Shown in pieces: positions 12,860 through 22,029 of a stretch of DNA of 64,000 nucleotides. Positions within the stretch are counted from its first letter, which is position 1; every line of letters starts with the position of its first letter. Under the pieces are notes generated by a model. The model was not told the DNA's origin and ran no database searches. It worked only from the letters and a program-made list of their open reading frames with translations. Source of the stretch: Hemiscyllium ocellatum (taxonomy: Eukaryota); NCBI RefSeq assembly GCF_020745735.1, contig NW_026867526.1:474416-538415 (forward strand). Direction: 5' to 3'. The position numbers were made by a program, and so were the translations under genes.

Positions 12860-13120
12860 TGACCGACTTAATCCTAAACCCAGCGCCGCTCAACAACCGC
12901 TGCCACTGCCGGCTCTCGGCAAGGAACGTCAGGCGGGGGAAGGCATTTACTGCGCATGTTCCCTCCCAGGCCACCACCTACTGCGCATGCTCTGGCCAAG
13001 AGCGGGAAGGTTAAACGGTTCAACGGAAAGTTCTGGAACGTGGTGAGTGACGTCATCAGGGCTGGGTGTGGTCGCGAGGGAAACGTGTCTGCTCCAGTCA
13101 GTGAGATGTCAGGGTGAGCT
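12860..13120. promoter_or_regulatory. CpG-rich, possibly bidirectional promoter
   Basis: Local CpG enrichment; GC box 12931-12938; two ACTGCGCATG NRF1-like sites (12949, 12980); full CRE TGACGTCA 13048-13055; donor-like sites on both strands. Confidence 0.6.
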
Positions 13121-13599
13121 CCTGAGGAGGGGGCAAGGGGGAGGCTGGTTTCCACTCCAACCAGCACAATATTGTGTAGTCGGTGGGGTGTGAGGGAGAG
13201 AAGGTCAGGGTCAGTGTGGGCTCTGAGGAAGATGTTGAGTTGGGTTCAGATCAGATGAGGGTTGTGGAGGAGTCTGGATGGGGTGGGGGGTGTGAGTTGG
13301 AATGGGGGAGTGGGATGGGAATGTTGCTCTGGAGCCCAGAGATAAAGTGGATTTCGCGATTACCAAACAGTTGGAGAACGTTTTTCAACTCGGAACTTTT
13401 TGTTGTGTAATTATTAAGCTTGAGTAAGTTAGAATCCTCTGAAAGTTAAAGTTTCCAGTTGCACAGAGATTACCCTGACAGAATTTTCAATTTTTCAGGA
13501 AATTCCCTTGGCTTCAGCCACATCTCCAAAAATTCCATAGACCCCACAGTGCAATTACAATTTATACTGCTTCAGTGACTAGCGAGAGATTTATATAAA

Positions 13600-13770
13600 A
13601 CAAACCCTGTAGATGTTGGAATCTGAAGTAGACAAACAGGAGGCTGGAAGAACACAGCAAACCAGGCAGCTTCGGGAGGTGGAGAAGTCAATGTTTCAGG
13701 TATAACCCTTCTTCAGGACCTGGGTGGGGGTAAGGGGTGCTACAGATAGAGAGGGAGGTAGTTGGGGTCC
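13600..13770 (-). mobile_element. Penelope pseudo-LTR, inverted relative to the adjacent ORF
   Basis: Minus strand reads as a shark PLE 3' end: C-rich tract, hammerhead-like motif, gctgcctggtttgctgtgttcttccagc...ccaacatctacag. Confidence 0.75.
13684..13720 (-). ncRNA. Minimal type-I hammerhead ribozyme motif, one stem III mismatch
   Basis: ggtc-CUGAAGA-a gggu uau accu-GAAA-caUU-gacu; stem I ggtc/gact pairs; ACGU stem III decayed to ACAU. Confidence 0.5.
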
Positions 13771-13774
13771 TAGC

Positions 13775-15016
13775 TCCCATCCTTGCGGTGTCTTCACCAT
13801 TCCTCCAGACCTTCCCCTCACTAGGGACGAATGTGTCGTCGTCACTAAAGGCCTCACCTTTATCCCTCTACGGTCCCAGTTTAATGAGTTCGACACAAGC
13901 TGCAACCTTGAATGTTTCTTCCTCTGCCTCTGTATTGACTGTTTTTAACCGAGACACCTGCACATCCACGGGGAACCCTCTTGTCCCGCCTTCACCACAC
14001 CACATCCATGGACACCCCATGCTGGCCTGTTACCTGTGCTTGACCTCTTCATTTCAAACTGCTACCATGACATTGACTGCCTCAACTTGTCCAACCACCT
14101 CACTCACTCCAACCTCTTTCCCTCTCAACATACAGTCCTCCACTCCTTCCGCTCCAACCCCAACCTCACCATCAAACCTGCGGGCGGGGGGGTGGTGGGA
14201 TTCATAGTAGTCGTGTGGTGCACTGACCTCTACACTACTGAAGCCAGGCACCAACTTGCAGACTCCGCCTCCGACCGTCCCCTTGCTCACTATCTCACTT
14301 TCCATCACCAAGCCATCATCCCCCGGACCATCCACAATCTCATCATCTCTGGGGATCACCCGTCCACAGACTCCAACCTCATTGTCCATGAACCCTGCAC
14401 TGCCTGATTCCACCTCCTTCCTAAGACACTCAAACCTGACTGCCCTGGTCGACCCATTGTCTCAACCTGCACTTGTCCCACTGAACTAATGGACCACCAA
14501 ACGGACCCCACCACCAGAAATATATTTCCCGCCCCACTCTTATCAGCTTTCCAAAAAGACCATACCTTCCGTGACTCCCTCGTCAGGTCCACATCCCCTA
14601 CCAGCCTACACCCCACTCCTGGCCCTGTTTCCTGCCACCACAGGAAGTGCAAAACCTATGGCCGCACCACTCCCCTCGCCTCCATCCAAGGCCCCAAGGG
14701 ATTCTTCCACATCCGTCAAAAATTTAACTATACCTCTACCAGCAACATCTACTGCATCCGTTGCACCCGGTGTGGTCTCCTCTACATCAGGGAGACAGGA
14801 TGTTTTCTTGTGGATCGTTTCGGAGAACATCTCTGGGACACCTGCATGCACCAACCTCATCGTCCCGTGGCTGTACACTTCAACTCCCTCTCCCACTCCA
14901 TCAAGGGCATGCAGGTCCTGGGCCTTCTCCACTGCCATACCATTACCAGCCGAAACCTGGTGGAGAAACGCCTCATATTCCGCCTTGGGACCCTGCAACC
15001 ATATGGGATAAATGTG
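13775..15016 (+). mobile_element. Penelope-like element: N-terminus/RT start fused by deletion to GIY-YIG endonuclease
   Basis: VFTIPPDLPL...KGLTFIP, NPNLTIKPA, KPDCPGRPIVS; ORF 14489-15088 NIYCIRCTRCGLLYIRETG...RFGEH...HFN...LIFRLGTLQPYGIN. Confidence 0.92.
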
Positions 15017-16445
15017 AAAGGGGATTTGGGGCATGGGTGGGCAGGTTATTTGAAATTGGAGAACTGTGTTGAGTTCTCTAGGCTGTAGGCTGCCCAGGTA
15101 GAAGATGCAGTGTTCCCCTGATTCACTGCGACAATGGAGGTCGAGAATTAACGCGTAAGGGAGGGAGTGGGAGGCGGAATTGAAATGGATGGTGAGTAGG
15201 GGCCAGGCTGACCCTTATTTTACTTTGTTTGGTCCCACCAATGTAGAGAGTACCACATCAGGAGCACTGGATGCAGTAAACTAGATTGAATAGAAGTTCA
15301 CCTGCAAGGACTGTTTGGGGCCCTGGATGGAGGTGAGGGAAAAACTGGCAAGTGTTGCATCTTTTACAGTTCTGGGGTGGATATATTAGATGGGTTTGGT
15401 GGGAGTGTGATGTGACCCAATGATTGGTGATGGGAACTGCCCTAGTGGAAAGAAGAGAGGAGTAGGGAGAAGAACACTTTCTGGGTAATGAGGTTTATTT
15501 GGAGATGGTGGAGGATGATATGTTGGATGTGGAGACTGATGAGTTGGAAATTGAGGACAAGGGGAACCATTTCTTTGTTTGGATGGGATGGGCTTTAGAG
15601 CAGTCAAGTGGGGAATGAAGGAAATGCAGTGGAAGGCTGTCTGGATGAACGAGGAGGAAAGAAATCATTGTTTGAAATAAGAGAGCATCTTGGATGTTTG
15701 GGAGTGGAACATCATGTCAGAGCAAATGTGATGGAGATGGAGGAATTGGAATAATGGGAATGGAATTCTTACAGGAGGAGGTTCAGTCTAGGTAATTACA
15801 GGAGTCTGTGGATTTATTGTAAATGCTAGTCTGTAAATGTACTGGAGATGGAAGCAGAGAGTTCAAAAAAGGGGAGGGAGCTGTCTGAGATAGACAAAGT
15901 GAATTTGAGGGCAGGGTGGAAGTTGACGATAAAGCCCAGTTCAGCCTGGGTGCAGGATGCAACACTGCAATCATTAATGTAATGGCAGAAGAGTTGGGGA
16001 ACAGTACTGGTGTATGTACTGAAGAGGGACGCTTCGCGACGCCTGACAAAGAGGCAGGCATAGCTAGGACCCACGCAAGTGCCTGTGGTGCCCCCGTGGA
16101 TTTGAGGAAAGTGGGGAAAAGTTGATTGAAAAGTTATTGAGTGTGAGGCGGAAGAAGGTATTGATGGTGGGGGTCGGGGGGGTACTAATTGGGTCTGTTG
16201 GAGAGGAAATAAGCTGAGGACCTCCAGGCTGTCCTTGTCAGGTATGGATTTGTAAAAGGACTATCTGTCCATAGTGAAGATGAAGTGCTGGATGCGAGGG
16301 AACAGGAAGTTTCCAAAGAGGTAGAGGGAGTGGTTTGTGTCTTGGCTATAGGTGGGAAATGCCTGCACCAAGGGGGAGAGAATGGAGTTTGGTGAGATTG
16401 GAGCATGGAGACGATGAGCTGGCTGTGGTAGTTGGGCTTGTGGAT
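15017..16445 (-). mobile_element. Second Penelope-like element, decayed, opposite orientation
   Basis: ORF 15826-16074 GPSYACLFV...HYINDC...NFHPALKFT...LPF (PLE RT); FYLGSLQPRELN C-terminus near 15060-15120. Confidence 0.85.
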
Positions 16446-17410
16446 CCATTTTGGCAGCTTAGGTATGCTATTTAGAAAGGGATAGTCTTACAAATAGTGA
16501 CGTTGCCAAGAAGTAGCCTTTTGGAAGTGAAAACACGGATTTCATTGTTTAAAGTCTTGGCAAAGAATAATCCCCAGTGAGACGTGTTGCTGACATGTGC
16601 AGCGTTCCGATACTCTACCAGTGTCTGGCTCACCGATGGCTCAACAGGGAGGACTGTCCGATTAGTGTACGTTTCCCAGACTTCAGCTGATGCCAAATGA
16701 AGATGCATCGCATAGAGAAACAAAGTTTGGCAGGAATCTTTGTGTGAGAACGTTCAATCAATACCTTTCTACGCATACATTTGAAACAGTAATGGACCCA
16801 AACCCTTGTTAAGATGAGCTGAAGAGGACAGGGCCATCCCACTTCTAGGTTCTGGTCAAATTCAGCCGTGAGCTGTTATTAAGTGCATACAACTACAAGT
16901 TGGAACACCAAGCAGGCGGTCAAGTGGTTAATGCCTGAAGCCAACTCCCAATAATGGATACACTGGAAAAGTCTGTTCTGGTTTTAAACTTTCTGCACAC
17001 CCTTCCAGTCATCTCTGACAATTTCCGATTAGAACAAGGTCCCGTACTGGTGAGAAAAAAGAAACAACTGCAGTATTAGAAACGAAAAGATCATCATAAG
17101 CAGGATTGAATCGTTTGTGGATCTGGTGAGATCAGATGGCCACTGAAAACTGCATACTAATATGGGGAACAAGGCTGAAAAATGTGTTGCTAGAAAAGTG
17201 CAGCAGGTCAGACAGCATCAAAGGAGCAGGAGAATCGACGTTTCAGGCATAAACCCTTCTTCAGCTCCAGCAGGGTCATCCTGTGATTTCCAAAATTAGG
17301 ATGTTGATAAGAATTTATGTTTGGTGGCCAGGATTGGATGCTGTGATAGCCATGTTGGTGGGGCAGTCGCCTGAGTGCCAATAGGGACAAGAATTGACTG
17401 GCCAGATATA
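16446..17410 (+). mobile_element. Gypsy pol remnant (RNaseH to integrase zinc finger), first array segment
   Basis: Homologous to the RNaseH/integrase segments in later monomers. Confidence 0.75.
17173..17264 (-). mobile_element. Truncated mini-Penelope pLTR with intact hammerhead core
   Basis: Minus strand CUGAAGA-a gggu uuau gccu-GAAA-CG-UC; 5' strand of stem I missing. Confidence 0.7.
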
Positions 17411-17419
17411 ACCTGGATT

Positions 17420-17535
17420 CAGTTATATTTTGACTATGCCATCGCATCGCCTTGCCTCACGTCTCTGCACATCGCATCGCGTCGCGTCACATATCGCATC
17501 GCCCCTCCCCTCCCCTCGGCTGAGCCCCCCCCCCG
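17420..17535. repeat. Low-complexity (ATCGC)n/(CCCCT)n tract at a Gypsy-RTE junction
   Basis: gccatcgcatcgcc...atcgcatcgcgtcgcgtc...cccctcccctcccctc...ccccccccc. Confidence 0.8.
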
Positions 17536-17850
17536 CCAGGATCCCAGTTTGGCTTTCAGCCAGAGAGTGATCCATTGAATATGATTTTCACTGCAGTATA
17601 TGGCCTTCTGGGATCTTTAAAAAGGCCTTTAACATCATCAATCGGGAAGCATTTCTGGAGCATTCTTCGTCGCTTTCGTTGCACCATGATGTTTGTCACC
17701 ATCCTTCACCTGCTCCACAATGATGTATAATTCATCAAAATGACAAACAACTTCAACACCTACCCATTCACCCTCTGAACCGGTGTCGAGCAGGGTATGT
17801 CATCACCGCAACACTTCTGAATCTACCTCGCTGCACAACTTCACTTCCGA
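17535..17850 (+). mobile_element. RTE LINE RT fragment (monomer 1, 3' half)
   Basis: SQFGFQP...KAFNIINREAF...TGVEQGYVI...DKLP. Confidence 0.8.
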
Positions 17851-18089
17851 CAAGCTGCCCATGTTTGATCCAAGGGGGCTTTAGTTGTGGTTCTGAACCA
17901 TTGCTGTCCCAGATGCTCTTAGTGGGGATCAGTGTGAGTGATGTCTTATTTTTAGTTGAAATATACAAGTGTACTTTCTCTGAATTTTAAACCGTTATTC
18001 TTCATTTCCCAGGAGTTTTCAATTTGCGACAGAGCAGAGATTTATTTAATTGAAAAGAACATTTAATTAATTAGTTTTTTATTTGGTTG

Positions 18090-18185
18090 AAAAGAACAAA
18101 TGCTGGCGAACTCAGCAGGTCAGAGAACATCCACGAGAGAGGGCAGCTAGTATTTCAAGACCAAATGAGTCCTCATTAGAGCTGT
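18090..18185 (-). mobile_element. Penelope pLTR module with decayed hammerhead (monomer 1)
   Basis: Minus strand cagct-CTAATGA-...-GAAA-tact-agctg. Confidence 0.7.
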
Positions 18186-18721
18186 TCATGTGTTGTTTAA
18201 TTTGCTTGAGAATATTTTTATTTTGGCCCCCTGTAGCCCCTGCCCACAAGTGGTTGGTGGGGCAGGGGAAGCCAGTTTTTGCCTGTTAAACAAAAAAGGC
18301 ACTATTGCTCTGTGGAAAGCCAGAAATAAATAAACCAAGTGAAAGCAGTTTAATTTCTGTTTTGAATATGCACAACATTTTTCCTGGTGATGTGTCTGTT
18401 CCAGGAATGTCTGATGCAGGCAGTATCAGGGGATCTTGGTTTTATTTTTTCATTTGCATTTTTGGTTTTAAAAGAGTTGGAGGGTTGTTTTGCAGACTGG
18501 AGGCCGGTGACAAATGCAGGGATTGGTACTGGGTGTAATGCCATTTTTCATTTCGGTAAAGGATTGGAATGTGAATATGAATGTGAATGTTCAACTGCAT
18601 CAGGAAATTCAATGCCGGCCACAAAACTCCTCTTTGCGCGTGAGGCAGTTTACTACATTGGACAAAATGTGCTGTTTAAACCATTGGAATGGCATGCATG
18701 GGGAAGGGGCATGGTCGAAGT

Positions 18722-18937
18722 AAAAGGAGAAAGTGAGGACTGCAGATGCTGGAGATCAGAGCTGAAAAAGCGCAGCAGGTCAGGCAGCATCCAAGGAGCA
18801 GGAGAATTGACGTTTTGGGCATAATCCTTCTTCAGGAATCAGTAATGAAGAAGGGCTTATGCCCGAAGCGTCGATTCTCCTGCTTCTTGGATGCTGCCTG
18901 ACCTGCTGTGCTTTTCCAGCAACACATTTTTCAGCTC
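18722..18937. mobile_element. Palindromic mini-Penelope element (two inverted pLTRs)
   Basis: Arms ~18758-18836 and ~18844-18937; TSD atggtcgaagt (18711-18721, 18938-18948); empty site at 49414. Confidence 0.85.
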
Positions 18938-19241
18938 ATGGTCGAAGTTAAGGGCAGGTCCCATGATGTCGGAGAGGCGGTCCTGAACAAATGTGAGGAT
19001 CTCATGATAGCTGTAACCCGCAAGTGGCCAAGGGCACGGCATAACCAGCTCCTCAGAACATGTGGCAAGGATGTTCTTGCCTGTGGGTTCTCCTCATCCT
19101 GCCAGTGTAGAAGATTTGAGGGCAAATGTGGCAGCCTTGATGCCATTACCAACTGCAGAAGAAGACAAATTTCTGCTGTGATGCAAATGGTGGTTGACAG
19201 TCCAGCATGTGGCGACAGGAACCAAGCTAGAGTCTGAGGAA

Positions 19242-19720
19242 AAAATGAGGTCTGCAGATGCTGGAGATCAGAGCTGAAAATGTGTTGCTGGAAAAGCGCA
19301 GCATCCAGATGATTAGGGGTTTAGATAGGGTAGATACTAAGAACCTTTTACCGCTAATGAGTCAGGTGTTACTAGGGGACATAGCTTTAAATTAAGGGGT
19401 GGTAGGTATAGGACAGATGTTAGGGGTAGATTCTTCACACAGCGGGTTGTGAGTTCATGGAATGCCCTGCCCGTATCAGTGGTGAACTCTCCTTCTTTAT
19501 GGTCATTTAAGCGGGCATTGGATAGGCATTTGGAAGTTATTGGGCTAGTATAGGTTAGGTAGGATTCGGCGCAACATCGAGGGCCGAAGGGCCTGTACTG
19601 CGCTGTATCCTTCTATGTTCTATGTTCTATGTTCTATGAACAGAAAATTCGACGTTTCGGGCATAAGCCCCTCATCATTCCTGCCTGACGTGCGCTTTTC
19701 CAGCCACACATTTTCAGTTC
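19242..19720. mobile_element. Mini-Penelope element with nested CR1 tail
   Basis: TSD gagtctgaggaa (19230-19241, 19721-19732); inverted ends gagctgaaaatgtgttgctggaaaagcgca; empty site at 49995. Confidence 0.85.
19308..19638 (+). mobile_element. CR1 LINE 3' end nested in mini-Penelope
   Basis: MIRGLDRVD...TRGHSFKLRG, tail (ctatgtt)n. Confidence 0.9.
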
Positions 19721-19879
19721 GAGTCTGAGGAAGTTGACCTAGTGGGAAAATGGTTATGGCTGGTCACCTTGTCCAATCAGGGAGTCCTGATTGGCAGATA
19801 TGTCAGGGGTCCTGCTCGATGAGTCATCTCTATGAAAGCCAGGTCAGTGTTGTGTACTGTGCATGTGGAAATTCTTGAA

Positions 19880-20520
19880 TTGCATCCAGTGGCATATTGC
19901 ACTCAAGGAGTTCAGTTATCGCCTAGCCTTGATGAAAAGGCAAACCTCCAGCTCAACAACAAAGCTGCAGGTGCAAGTGGTATTCCCCCTGAAGCATTGA
20001 AGTGTGGAGGCACTGAGCTCCCAGTGTAACTGTATGTCCTTGTGTGCCCTATGTAAAAGGAGGAGAGGATCCCAAGGGGGCTCCCAGATGCAAAAGTTAT
20101 TAGCATTGTCAACAAAGGGAACGTGTCAAACTGTGGTAACTGCAAGGTCAAATCCCTGATGTCAACCATTGGAAAACTCATCGCCAAGGTCCTTTTCAAG
20201 TGGCTCCTCCCTGCGTTTGAGGAACTCCTCTCTGGAGTCTCAGTGTGGCTTTGGCCCCAGAAAGTTACAATGGACATGTTTTTCACTGCTGTCTTGGACC
20301 CTCATGGAGCTTTGACACAATTAATTGAGAAGCATTTGTGAAGTGTTCTTCTCCAATTTAGTTGCAGTCTTTGGTCTGATCCACAACAAAGTGTAAGTCA
20401 TTATAATGGCAAACAGGGTCACCACCTGCCCATTTCCCCCTCTGAACCAGTGTCGAGCAGGGCCAAGTCATCACCTGAACACTGTTCTGAATCTGTGTTG
20501 CTGCAGGATCTCAATGCTGA
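19880..20520 (+). mobile_element. RTE LINE RT fragment (monomer 2)
   Basis: PSLDE...NNKAAGASGIPPEALKCGG; CGNCKVKSLMSTIGKLIAKVLF. Confidence 0.85.
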
Positions 20521-20685
20521 CAAGCTGACAACTTTTGACCCAATAGGACTTTAATTGTAGTCCTACATTGTCGCTGTCCCAGAAGCTCTTGATGGGGATC
20601 AGTGTGAGCTGTAAGTTATGTACAGCTGTACTTCCTCTCGATTTTATGCATCATTGTTCCTTTCCATGGAGTGTTCAATCATGAC

Positions 20686-21011
20686 GGCACGGTGGCACAG
20701 TGATGGGCGGCACGGTGGCACAGTGGTTAGCACTGCTGCCTCACAGCGCCTGTAGACCCGGGTTCAATTCCCGACTCAGGCGACTGACTGTGTGGAGTTT
20801 GCACGTTCTCCCCGTGTCTGCGTGGGTTTCCTCCGGGCGCTCCGGTTTCCTCCCACAGTCCAAAGATGTGCTCAGGTGAATTGGCCAAGCTAAATTGCCC
20901 GTAGTGTTAGGTAAGGTGTAATATGTAGGGGTATGGGTGGGTTGCGCTTCGGCGGGTCGGTGTGGACTTGTTGGGCTGAAGGGCCTGTTTCCACACTGTA
21001 AGTCTAATCTA
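20686..21011 (+). mobile_element. HE1 SINE (tRNA-derived), full length with duplicated 5' start
   Basis: A box tggcacagtgg, B box ggttcaattcc, HER1-type tail ccacactgtaagtctaatct; possible TSD atgac. Confidence 0.93.
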
Positions 21012-21049
21012 AAATGACAGTGCAGAGAGGATTCATTTATTCAGTTGAA

Positions 21050-21145
21050 AAGAACAAATGCTGGAGGTCGCAACAGGTCAGACAGCATCCATGACAGAGA
21101 GAGCAAGCTAAGACTTTGAGTCTAGCTGACTCCTCATCAGAGCTG
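21050..21145 (-). mobile_element. Penelope pLTR module with decayed hammerhead (monomer 2)
   Basis: cagct-CTGATGA-g gagtc agcta gactc-AAAG-tctt-agct. Confidence 0.75.
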
Positions 21146-21564
21146 TTCATTTATCATTTGTTTTCTTATATTTGCTTGAGTTTATTTTTATTTTGGCCCC
21201 CTTTGGCCACTGCCTAAAGCGGGTTGTTGCAGACATTGTCAACGGTGAGCCAATTTTTGTGAGTGTGTTTGTTTTTGCCGTTCCCTAGAGTCATAGTATC
21301 TTCATTTTTGGTTGACACACTGACAGTTGCTTTAATTCTTGTTTTGAAGTAGCAGAGTTAAAAAAAAATCACCAGGCTCATCCAAATGTTTGTTTGATAA
21401 TTCAATTTTTTTTGGAACGCTGTCCAATGAACATGGTGGATGACAATGTGTTGAGCGATGTTTAACTTTGTTGACCCCACTCCAACATTGGGCCCCACCT
21501 AGTCTTGAAAGAATAGAGTGTTTCACCCGGTGCTGTGCCTGTTTTGGGATTTTCTGATGCAGGA

Positions 21565-21970
21565 AATATCACAACTGCAATATTTAAAAGGCATCTGGAT
21601 GGAAATATGAATAGAAAGAGTTTTGATGGATATGAGCCAAGTGCTGGTAAGTGGGACTGGATACATTTAGAATATGTGGTTGGCATATTGAGTTGGGCTG
21701 AAGAGCCTGTTTCCATGTTATACGTCTCTGTAACTCTGTGCTTAGTGATTTTGCAGATGTCACCAAGTTTGCCGTATAGTAGATAGTGAAGTAGGTGATC
21801 AAAGATTCCAAATGTATCCTGATCAAGTGGGCCAATGGGCCAAGGAGAGGCAGATGGAGTTTATTCTTGATAAATGTGAGATGTTCCATTTTGATTAGAT
21901 GGACAGGGCAAGACTTTCACAGTTAATGGTAAGGCCTCTGGAGAATTGCCGAAGAGCAACCTAAGGTTTG
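21565..21970 (+). mobile_element. CR1 3' end plus CR1 RT fragment (monomer 2)
   Basis: IFKRHLDGNMNRKSFDGYEPSAGKWD, then DFAD-TK...QWAKE-QMEF. Confidence 0.8.
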
Positions 21971-22029
21971 GTAGAACCTCTATAATGCGGAAGCCGGCCA
22001 TTTGGCCTGTCGAGTTCACACAACCAATA

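Larger units (their letters stand above)
18610..19870 (+). mobile_element. Gypsy pol 3' end and LTR remnant, interrupted by two insertions
   Basis: Matches 49300-50145 once insertions are removed. Confidence 0.7.

Noticed and set aside
12750-13167. ORFs across the CpG island
   Set aside because: Expected in GC-rich sequence; no recognisable domain
14054-15072. Pro/Ser/Thr-rich and antisense ORFs
   Set aside because: Alternate frames of the C-rich Penelope sequence
19600-19640. Short direct repeats (ctatgtt)n and (agatt)n resembling CRISPR or functional arrays
   Set aside because: CR1 and HE1 3' tails; no spacers, and eukaryotic context
20706-20790. tRNA gene (A and B boxes)
   Set aside because: tRNA-derived head of an HE1 SINE that continues into SINE body and tail; the same applies to the other HE1 copies
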